In this document: piece after piece, positions 12,601-24,600 of the stretch
How the letters are laid out: each line of letters starts with the position of its first letter
Numbering within the stretch: the first letter of the stretch is position 1
From: Callorhinchus milii
Taxonomy: Eukaryota
Direction: 5' to 3'
Assembly (NCBI RefSeq): GCF_018977255.1
Contig: NW_024704742.1
Span: 74,340,001-74,404,000, forward strand
DNA length: 64,000 nt
Notes under the pieces: generated by a model
Databases searched by the model: none
What the model was told of the DNA's origin: nothing
Seen by the model: the letters and a program-made list of their open reading frames with translations, nothing else
Made by a program: the position numbers and the translations under genes

Positions 12601-15600
12601 ATGTAGACAGCAACATCAGCAGGCCAACTCTTGTCTGCACCTTGCTTCCCTAAATGTAAGTAAAGCATTAGTACTGTGTAATCAGAGTAAATTGCAGATT
12701 TAATTCAATGACATTTTCATTAAAATCTTACACCTCTCAGATTTAGCCACCCAGTTAATACTGCGACTCTAAACCACATTCAGGGTTAGAACAGACACTG
12801 GTATATGTTGAAGCAAGTTCTAAGTAAAATCTAAAGACAAAGCAAATGAGTAACCAACACTTAATTGCAACCAAATTAAATAAAAATCTTTCATAATAAA
12901 TTGTCATCTAAACTCCTAATTGCTCAGGAGAAACTAAGCAATGATCTGATTGTTACATCTGAACAGCATTGCTATCAGGGTAAAAAGAAGAGTTCTGAAC
13001 TAAAACTGTTTTTGATCAAACACTGGCTAGATGGAGTGACGTTTATTATACAATTACCTCACCCCAATAAACCATGAAAGAGAATCGGCTTAGACATGTG
13101 ATGGATCACCAGTGATGCCCCACTATGTGTAGGACATGACTCGTACCAAATTAAATCAATGGTAATTGTCACTAGATAGAGTCATTTCACAAACGTGCAA
13201 AAAAAAATTCAACAATGAACTAAATTAAATGGCTCAGATAAATTGCAGTAAAATTAATTGCAGATTTACTTCAATTACATTTTCATTAAAGAGCTTACAT
13301 ATCTCAAGATTCAGCCATCCAGTTAGCACTGACTCTAAACAACATTCGGGGTTACAACTGGAAATTTGAAATAACAGAAATGCTGGAATAGCAGTTAGAA
13401 TCATAGAAAATTACAACAAAGAAGCAGGCTATTCAGCCCAACAAGGCTGAGACTGATATATTTTTTAAAAATAGAGGGATTAGGGGATATGGGGATAGGG
13501 CAGGTAATCAGAGTTAGGTCTGAAGATCAGCCATGATCTTATCGAATGGCAGGGCAGGCTCGAGGGGCCGAATGGCCTACTCCTGCTCCTAATTCTTATG
13601 TTCTTATCAAGTCTGCAAGGGTTCTCAGAGCCAGCTGTATTTTCAATTCCACTTCTCTACCCTTACATGCCCTTTCAAGCCTCCAACATGCATATTCCTG
13701 TCTACTTCCCCATTGAAACCCACAGTGGATTCTGCCTTTACTATCTTACTTGGAGGGCATTCTACACCCCAACAAGTTTTTACAAAGCTCTTCTTGTGGC
13801 AATCTTAAATCGAAGACTGATCTACCAGTGGAAATAGTTTCTCCCTATAAGATACTCAATGAGGTAGGGAAGAGTTCATAAATCAGCTAGATCAAAATAA
13901 ACACATGAAGCTGCATTGGCATGAAATTAACTAAGAAGCATGTTTCCACCAATGGTCAATACTCAGGTTGATGATATTTAGAGGGATCTTGATTGATTGG
14001 GAATTTGGGCTGAAAAGAAGCATTGATCATGAGACAGGTTTGGGGGTACAAAGTGGAATATAAATTAAATACTACATGGATACAGCACACAACCCAGAAA
14101 CAGCACTGGGAGAAGGGGTTATTGGCTGACAGATAGTTAAAACTTTCAGGACAATGTGCAACAGCATAAATAAGATTTTAGGGTACACAGAGTGTAGTTA
14201 CAGCATGTATTACTGGGTTTTACCAAACATTAGGATGATTCCAGGCATTGTATCAAACATTAGAGAAGTTTGCACAGTTCAGGGGTCCATATTACAGTAA
14301 TGATATCCTAATGCTGGAATTGGTACTTTAATTATGCTGATGTAGGATCTTACCCAAAATGCTGAGCTATCTTTCCGACTATATTCTCCTGTCAATTTCC
14401 AGTGTTGAATCAATTGGTTTCCAGGGCTAAGAACATGTCTATTTCTTTATGTCTGCTTGTATTACTACAGATCTAGTTGGATTTGCCAGGGGTGTTTCCT
14501 TGGAGCCAACTCAGATTCAAATGAGTGAAATAAACCACCATTAAATTAATTTAAAATGTACCAACTATTCTAGTGAAATATTGTGTTCATGAAAACTCTG
14601 AAATAAGGTAATTCTAACATCTAAATTTCAAAAATGAGAAGTAGCCACAATGTTTAGTACATGCAAAAACTGGATTATGCTAATATCTTGAATTACACAG
14701 TGAACACTACTCTTAATTATCAAAGCAGCACTGAATCTGCTAAAGGTTGCATTGACTATGTTGAATTGGACCACAAATCTGAACTATGGAAACTTTTCAG
14801 ATTTCCACACATAGAAATCCATCGGCTTCAACTCATAGAATGCTTTCCCAGTCGTCTCAATCCAAGGAACCACAGACGATCACATACACTGGGTTCTCAA
14901 CTCTAAGTACTATTTGAAATATTAGAAATCACAAACCCTTTCATTAATATTGTAACTCTTTCTGTTCCAGTCAAAATTACACAACTAAAATATTTCAGTA
15001 GTTAAATACTGGAAGCAGATACAAACAAATGTAATCGAGTCCTCTCAGATCACTATCAAACATCTGGTGAGATATAAAAAGAACAAATAATAATCCTTGC
15101 ATTTGATACAGCACTTTATCATGTCGGAAGGACATCTCAAAGCGCTTCACAGGATTTACTATAAAATGGAGTGAATGTGTATTTTGTGGGCAAACGTGAT
15201 TCCCAATTTGCACACAGTATTGTCCAATAAACAGCCATGGAGTGAGGGACCAATTTTTTATTTAAGGGATTGTTGGCCAGGACACCGGAAGAGACTCCCT
15301 TTCTTTTCGAATAGTGCCACGAGATCTTTAATGTCCACCTGACCAGGTAGACAAGACCTCAGTTTTACATCTCATCTGAAGGATGGCATCTCCATAATGC
15401 AAAACACTCCCAGCACTACCTTGGAGTGTCAGCTTCAACAAAATGTTGACCATCTGAAAGAAAAACAGAAATTGCTGCAAGCTCATAACTAATTCATGAG
15501 GATAAGTTAATCGGATTTTAATTAAGGATGCCACCCAAAAACCCCACAGGGAAGGTTGGTGAGCAACCTGCAATGCATGTCCAGAATTTCCTATTATTTA

Positions 15601-18600
15601 TTATGCACACGACTCCTTCAAGCCCATGCTGCAACAATAACAAAATTACATTTATTGAGCGCCTTTCACGTCAGGAGGACGTCCCAAAGCGTTGGCCATT
15701 TATTGGACATACAATGGACATTTATTACAATGCTACGTTGCAATATAGGACCACGGTGAAATGACCAGTTAAAAAAAGTAATAAAAACTGAATATTTTGA
15801 TAAACTGAGTGTATGCCAAAACACTCCATGCTGACTCTCCAAGCACAGCCTTACTGTATGTGTCTCACTATGTGAGCCGATGTTATTATAAGAAATTCAG
15901 CTTGCCCATATTACAACAGCTTGCATTTATACATTGCCCTTTAGGCAGGATAGCATGTCGGAGTCAGGAGCCTGACGTTGAGTTGGAGGGAAGTGACCAT
16001 AAGCACGGTCAAAGAGGAAGGTCTTCAGGCGTGATCTGAAAATAGGGAAGAAGGAGGCAAGGTGGAGGGTTTGAGGGAAATTTCCAGAGTTTCAGGGTGA
16101 AATACTAGTGTGAATATAACCAATGTTTATCTGGTGGTAGATGGTAGTTTTATTACAATGGACAAATTTCAAGCTTTCTGATATAACTTTAGCACTGCAT
16201 TTATACAATTTACACAGCACTTTTCACATCGGCAGGACATTTCAAAGTACTCATTTCAGATCTTATATCAGATTTGTTAAGAATCTGATCAACTGCTTCA
16301 TCGCTTTTGATTTCTGTCAGCTAATTTTTCTCGTCCTAAATTCTTCCCTTTCCTTAAAGAGTTTTGACTTTGCAGTATGGATAGTGCTCATACTCCAGGA
16401 ACTAGCACACATGATTATTATTCATGTGTAAACCTTGGGTATTGGCAAGCATTTTGACCATGGGGCATCACGGTCAAATGCCACTTGTGACCTTACTTGA
16501 CATTCACACATGCACACCTCCAGCAGGGAAGCCTCTGGATATTGTTCAAGAACAGAAACCCTTTGTGAACCCTCACTAACCAAGGAGTCTCGGTGTCAAT
16601 TATAATAATAATAATCCTTGTATTTGATATAGCGCTTTTCACGTCTTCTAGACATCTCAAAGCGCTTCACAGAATACTGCCAAGGTGAGATGAGCTAATT
16701 CAACACACCTTTGTAAACAAACTGATACAACTGGGACTCAAACCTGCAATTATGGGTCATTAGAGTTGTGTTTTTGTTACCCAGTTGTTTGCATGCTTGG
16801 GGTTGCTAACAGAGTTTTGAGTGTCCATGACAACGTCCAACTCATATGTGCAAATGGATTTTTTGGTCAGTAAGTCTTGAATATTAATGATTACAGTGTA
16901 GAGTTAGAAAATTAGAGACTCAGAGGGAGAGAAAGAGACAGTCAGAGAGAGACAGTCAGAGAGAGAGAGACAGACACACAACAGGTTAAGAAAAGAACTG
17001 TGTGGTACTACTACATTAATAATAATCCTTGCATTTGATATAGTGGTTTATCACTTTGAAGTTTCACAGAATTTTATTGTTCATCTGTAATGCAGCAGTT
17101 TCCAATTAGTGCTGATAATTAGCTCTCAATAATTGCACTCATCAAAAAGCAACTGTTTTGTAAAATCTGCATCTGGCTTGTTTTCTTGAGCTCTGGAAGT
17201 TACAAAATAAATCTCAATTATGACCAAATGTACCTGTTTAGATGTCCCCCCACCCCCCATTTTCTATTTTTAAAAAACTTGCATTTATAATAATAATCTG
17301 CATTTGGTATAGCGTCTTTCATGTCCGGAGTACGTCACAAAGCATTTCACAGGATTTACTCTTATGTGACTCACATAGTGACTCTTATGTGAAAATTGGC
17401 TGCCGCATTCGCCCACAAATCCAATGTCCCACAAACAGCCATGACATTTTTTATTTGGGGGATGGTTAGCCAGGACACCAGGAGAAACTGCCTTCTCTTT
17501 TCAAGTAATGCCATGGGATCTTTAACGTCCACCTGAGCAGGTAGATGTACCTCCGATAATGCAACTCCCCACCACCCCCCAGTACTGCATTGGAATGTCA
17601 GCTGAACTATGCGAGTTCAAGTCCCGACGTGCGGCTTGAACCCACAACCTTCTGCCTCAGAGACAACAGTGTGCCAGGTGAAAAGCCCCCTTCATTCAGA
17701 GCACTCAAAATAGAGCTTAACACAAAAATTAAGTCCCAAATAACTGGAAAAACACTGTTTTTTTATTTTGTGGATAAAAATGACTTTAATAGTCCTTACC
17801 TGTGATCTATGGCCTAATGCTATAATCAGGCAGTGATTTTCTCACTGAGCCATTGGGAAGTTAACTAATCATTTTTGCTAAGTATTTTAAAGAAATTAAA
17901 TAAAAATAGCATTCCTGTTATACCAAGACACTTAAATGTATTCATCCACTCACATTTCTAAATGTTTTCATTAACTATAATGGATAAAAGTCAATTATCT
18001 ACATTCTTTGCTGTTATTTAAAGTATTTGCAGATTTCTAAAGTGGCAAGAAAAGGGTCACGTTGCTACAACATTTACTGCTGCACAAATCAAACAATTTA
18101 TTGCAGTTTCATCTCAACGACAAACATTTTCCACGACAATTTTATTAAATGGTGTTTTCAGAAATTGAATATTTTCAAAATAGGACAATTGTGTTTGGAG
18201 AGATTATGTCAACTTCAGCTACAATCAAGAAGAAATCTGCAAGTTACCATTCCTAATGAGCAAGTGCTGCACTAATGCTGTTCCACATGCAACACATGGT
18301 GAATAATAGATGGCCAGCCACCACAAGGTTGTTATGCAGCAAGCATATACACACACACATACACACACACACACACACACATTAAAACCTTACTTATCAC
18401 GTTAAATATTGCAAGGGTAATTGCATGCTTAGCCAAAAGGATGCAGGAAAGGGATGGATTTTTTTTATTTCAGTGAAACGGTGCTAGGGTATCTGAAATA
18501 AGCAGTTTGAGGTCAGGTATATGCTACATTAGATAGAAGGCCTCCTTCATACAGCCCAACAAAGTTTAAATTTATTTGCAGTTAAGCATCAGTGAGATAT

Positions 18601-21600
18601 TTTCATATTAGTTAACCTCGTGGTCTTTACCTGAAACTGGCACAATTAACCACAATATATACAGTAAACGCCTGATATATCGTCACTCCAAGGGAAAAGA
18701 GCTCAGTGACTCTATATTCAGGGTAACTATGTAGGCATGAGTCCTCCGTGGCCACTAGGGGTGCTGTGGCTGGGAGTACCTACCCCAACACACTCTGTGC
18801 CTGCACAGAGCGAGCAGCTGTCACTTTATTTGTTAAAACTAATTTAGGTTAAGTACAGTATAAGTATCTTAAACTTTAAGATACATAAACATTACATACC
18901 TTTTAAGTTTAAGATTTATTTATGTGTCTATATTAAAAAATCATTTTGCTCATTTTAACATCCTGAATCGCTCAGACATTATCAATCAGGCAGAACCTCA
19001 CAGAAGGCAAGGTGTTAATTTTTTTTTACTCAGAGATGTTGCCATAACAGTCAAAACAGTGGGTGGCTGAGGGCAACCTTTACCCGTCCTCCTGACGTGA
19101 AAGGCGCTATACAAATGTAATCTTGTTGTTAGTGTTTACCCACAGTACCAGGTCGGTCATTGTGGGTGTTCACTGAGCAGCCCTGGGTTGGCTCAGGTAT
19201 CAGGTATGTTCTATCTGATGATATATCCAATACTTTACTGGGATGTGTGGAATGCAACTTTGTATGTTATAAACAAGTGATGAAATAAAGGGGGGGGGGT
19301 GGGGGGGCATGCGGGCGGGTGGGTCCCTTATTCACATTTCACAACTGAAGTGGCTGGGATAATAGTCATGCAATGATATAAGACAGGTCTTATCAGGAGT
19401 TCACTGTATATTGTATACACACACATTGTACATGAAGCAGCGGAAATATTTAGAAACATAAAAAAAGTATAATTTTGTTTATGACCATATATGACCTATT
19501 CAAAGTACTTAGGTATTGTATAAATAGGTAAGCAGTTAATGGTATGGCTCTGTTAAAATTTACAGGACCAAGCTTCTCCCCCTCCCTCCCCCAACACCAT
19601 TGGTCACACAGAAATGAATGGTATGCCATGGCACCACACGCTGATTGAAATGTGCCAGAGCTAGTGACTTGATCAATGTAAATATGCTACATTTGTTCTT
19701 GGCATCCTTGTATAGGAGAGGGGAGGAAGAACAGAAAAAGAAGAATGAACAAATAATCAGCGAAGTCCCTCGCCCAATCACCATTGTGGGGTCCCTGCTG
19801 GAAATGTGCACGTGCTGACATCGGTGAGGACAGAATCAGGTTCAACTATGTTAGCCCAATAATAAACAATGTGCTGACATTCTCTGTGCAAGTTCATATG
19901 GCCATATAGGGAAGCCAAGGAGCTGGGTCACTGTCTTATTTTGGGAGGGGGGGAAAAAAAAGGAGGAATTGAAGTAATAGATAAGCCCTTTTATCACTCA
20001 GTAACTGTTACAATACCATTTACAGGCTAAACACCTAGGGGTGAATTTGATACAAAGCTAACAATTGAGTTTCTTATTGCATAGTGCCCCCTGGAGGAAA
20101 ACATGATCAGTGACGGCTCCATGTCAGCTTCCTCACAATCAGTGCACACTGTCAAGTATTGAACTAAAACCACCCCTCAATGTGAACTCAAACAGCCAAC
20201 CATGTTAAAGCTGAAACTGTCCAAGCAAACTATTAAAACCCCCCCAAACAGTGGTTGTAGCACTGGATGCAGTTAAGGAAAACAACAGCTTAACCCGAGG
20301 CAAGAAAGAAAGTACCCTGCTATTTGGCAAGCAAATGGTTTCTGTACCAAATAACTTACCCGTCTGTCGATCTTATCTCCCTGTAAATCATATAGTAAAA
20401 AATGGACAATGTAAAAGATATACTTAGCACAACAATTGTATTCAAGGACTTGTAAAATGTTGCTTTAAGAAAACGTTATTAGGGGGTTATTTATTAGGAT
20501 CCTAAGTAGTATTGAAAGCTACAGAAAACTTCTGATCTAAATGAAGTTACCTTTTTAAATATACATTCTTATTAATAAACATTTCATCAAATCATATTGT
20601 GTTACATTATCAACACCAGTGTGGTCCAACAGGCGGCACACGGTTGATTTTATGCGGCCCGCAACCATTTCCACTATTCCAACTTCCACTCCCTCCCTGG
20701 TGAACATCTAATACTACCTAGGATCCTTATGAATAAGCCCCTAATAAAGAGATGTACTTAGCTTCCTGATAGTCTGCAGTAAAGGCACTGTGCGCTGGGT
20801 CATCCCAACCACTGGCTTACGTTGCCCTGGGAGGACATTCACCTGGGAGGAAGGGGGGTGGAATGCTGGAATTAGTCTTGAGCCGGATCCGGCCTGTGGG
20901 CCACGCTGGATGTGGCCCACGGACCTTTCTCAAATAGGGAATGTGGCCCGCGGCAGCCAAAAGGTTGGACAACCCTGATCTACACAGTGATTATTCAGGA
21001 AGAATCTTCATTCTTCAGAACTTTTCTTGGAGGATGTGAAACAACATTTGCCGTGACATCAGAGAAACATTGACCTATACAGAACAGGAGATGCTGACAG
21101 GATGACTGGATAATAGGATTGGCATAACTGGAATCCTAACTCCATTGATGTACAGATCAGTAAACTTAACTGCAATCTGAAATGTCACTGACATGACACT
21201 ATCTGATTAGTTGGATTTTTAAGGACACATGACAACGCATTATATATTTGAAAATATGCACAAGAATTAAGAAACCTTTTAAACGTTATAGCCAGTTGGC
21301 TAGAATTTGCTCTCAGCTGATTAATGCAAAAGTTCAAATAATGCCTAGCCATCAACATGGCATCCAAGCAAAAATAGAACAATCAGATCATTAATTCTGT
21401 TTTTTGGGAGTTGATCAAGGTGAGGAGTGACAATGCTGGGAAAATAAAACTGTTAATTTTGAACATCTACTGTTATCAAGAACTCACCAACCAGACACAG
21501 GACAAATTAAATGCAGAGAAAAGCTCACTATATTGCAGTGGTGGCCAACCTGTGGCCCACAGGCCGCATTCAAGAAGCGGCTCTCTGAATAATTCGCACA

Positions 21601-24600
21601 AATCCAGGTAATTTTGTCTTTGATCAATTTAAGGCATAAATCAAGAAATATTTTATCAAGAAAATTTATTTTGTTGACTGACCATAAAGGTTGTCTACCA
21701 CCGCTCTTGTCTATGCCAACAATGTGCTGTTTAGTTCCAGTTATTCCCAGCCTCAAGAGCATTCCCTCTTGCACTGGTACAACTTTTCCACTCACCACAT
21801 CAGACATCTTTATGGCTGGGACTGTCAGTATCTGCTTTCTATTGACAAACAATGACCTTATACTGAAGCACTATAACTGAAATTATTGGAACAAATCTGA
21901 GAAGCCATAATAATTGATAAACAATGGCCAGTGTTATGAGAATACAGAACTCCCATTTATTAATAGGGCACAAAGTACTTTTACTCTGGTCGATACAAAC
22001 AGCATCTATCCCTGCACAGCAGCACTTTTCCAGACAAGAGATTTTTAAAATTAAACATTTGGAGAATTTTAAAATTCTGCCAAGTGACAAAGTTTGGTTG
22101 ATGGGAAATTAATTAATAAGTAATTTTACAGCTTGCATTACTTTATCTTGATGCAATCTCCCCTGGCCAAAATAAAGGCCACATTTTAAAAGGTTAGTTC
22201 TGACCTTTACCACTTCTTAAACAACAGGGTATATTCCCTGGCTGATGCTGTTTTCTGGTCTGGTGTTTGACACATGCTGAAACGTAGACTTCAGAACTCT
22301 AGGCTGTACACTGGGTTACAGCTGGAGATTAACCAGTAAGCTTCCTGGCTCGCTTCCTGCTGCTTGCCCAGCTAGAACCAACCTATCCTTTAGGATTTGG
22401 GCTTATAAGGTTAACAGAAGCCGACAAGGAAGAATCCCTGCCACCAGTGAATAGTCTGGCCCTCTAAGGCCCACTGATGAACCATCAGCAGTAACCTGGA
22501 GCACCGTATACCTGCCTGGCTCAGAAACTGGACCACTGAGACCTCTGCAGAAAGGAATTTCCAAGCCAAAGAAACCCCATTTACCTCCCTCCAAGGAGGA
22601 TAGTCCCAAGCTGAGAACAGGCGAGAACTATTCCCAAGCATCCGTCAATACTGTGTGTTAGTTTTGAAAGAAGGTTGACTTTTGGTGACGTTGACTTGGG
22701 GTGACATACACATAGCAACCTCTACACCTTCGTACCTGGGAGAGGATGTTGGTGCATTGTTGCAGTAGGGAGACTGGTGGGTTTCCAAGGCTTGTTGCCA
22801 GTTGTACCCTCAGCAGCTGTTCCTTCTGGATGGAGTTGTCCTGCAGAGCATGTGCTAGAGCTACAGCAGCACACCAGTTAGACAGAGAGTCAGTGGAGAA
22901 GAGACCACCACAGAGCAGCTGGCCTGCTGAAATGGAGTTGGCTAAAGAAACAAAGCGATATTGTTAAAATTCAATAAATAAATATCATCAGGGAAATGTA
23001 CAAAATCTTAACATAATCTTCAATTTTCACCACCTCAAGCTTATTTTCAAAATCTAGTCACATTAAGAACAGTCACCTTCAAATACCACAAGTACAAAGC
23101 AGGCTGATGGAAATGTTCCACACAGTTTCATGAATGGTATTTACACATTACAATAAGGATTTGGAAACCAAGGAACATTAAAAAACCATCCTGTACCAGT
23201 CATAACTCTGATTACAGTTTGTTCCCTAGCCCAAGAATATCATGTAGGATGTACTACCTTTGAGCTCCATTACCACTTTATGACTCTAATCTCCACAAAC
23301 ACATCAGAACTTTTTCTAGGCAACAGGACAATTGCTAACATCTGGAAAATGCCCACTGAACAGCAGGAAAGCTTACCATCTATAGTTGCTGGAAGAAGCG
23401 TGGCAACAATTTCTCCTTGTCCTTTCTGATTCTTGTACAAAAAGCACTCAAAGCAGTACAGCACAGCACAACGCAGCACAAACGGTTGTCTTTCATTCAC
23501 CATGGACATTAGAAGCACGACGATTGCAGGTCTATGTTGAGAAATGTGAATTGTGGGAAACCATTAAAATTACTGTGTTCCAACTTTAATTTTGGGATCG
23601 TATTAAATTATGAATGATTTTAGAGTAAACAGAAAAAGATTTCCGCTATTTGATGAGTCACTAACAAAAGGTCATAAATTCAAGAGCTCTGAGACACTAC
23701 TCTGCGTGAGGGCACTATATAAGTTGCTGTAAACTTTCAATGATTCAAACTAAATGAAGCTCCACATCAGTTTTGGGGAGTCCTGTAGCTCAGGTGTTAG
23801 AGTACTTGTCTTGCAAGCAAGAGTCCTGGGATTGGTTCCCAGCAGGACAAACTGTTGGACAAGTTTCCTTACTCCAGACTCCTCTGTTTACCTAGCAGCA
23901 AATAGGAATTTGGTTGTTAGTCAATTGCAGATCGCTTTTCTGGGGATAATAATCCTTCAACAAAATAATAATTTGATCACTCAATATACGACTGTTTGCG
24001 ATACATTGCTGTGCGCAATTGACTGCCGCGTTTCGTCCACAAATATACAGAGTTGTATATTCTGTGAAGCGCTTTGAGACGTTTTAAGATGTCTAGAATA
24101 CTTGAAAAGCACTATATCAAATGCAAGGATTATTATTTTATCAGGACTTCTCCAACTCCTCCTAAAATAAATGGTACTAGAGTATTGGACAGTAACAATT
24201 TATTCTTTGCTGCAGATATTTTTCAAAAAAAACTTTCTATAGCTGCTCCAGCCTAGAACTATACAACATAAAGCATACAGACAAATGTAGGGAGCCATCA
24301 TTTTGTTGCATTTTGGTTTAGGTGACTATCCTTATGAGTAAAATTCAGGAAAAAGAGCTCAGCAGATAAAATAGAACCAACATTTATTAGCTCAGAATCT
24401 TCACTTCAGCGAACCACTGAAAGCAAGAATTCAAAATCGACATGAAAAACAAATCTTTTTGTAAAACCATATTGTTTCTGATCTTACCTCGGTGGATTAG
24501 AAGGTGCATTCACAGAAGCAAAATAATCCTGGTTTATTTGGGAGCCTCTGATCACTTCAGATACGGTGTTAATCGTCTACATAAAAAATTAGTATATGAT

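Noticed and set aside
17790..17860. Strong donor CAG|GTAAGG at ~17799 in the intron after the 21-nt microexon
   Set aside because: Nearby AGs give mostly non-multiple-of-3 or stop-containing exons, with no polypyrimidine tract; no support for a real exon
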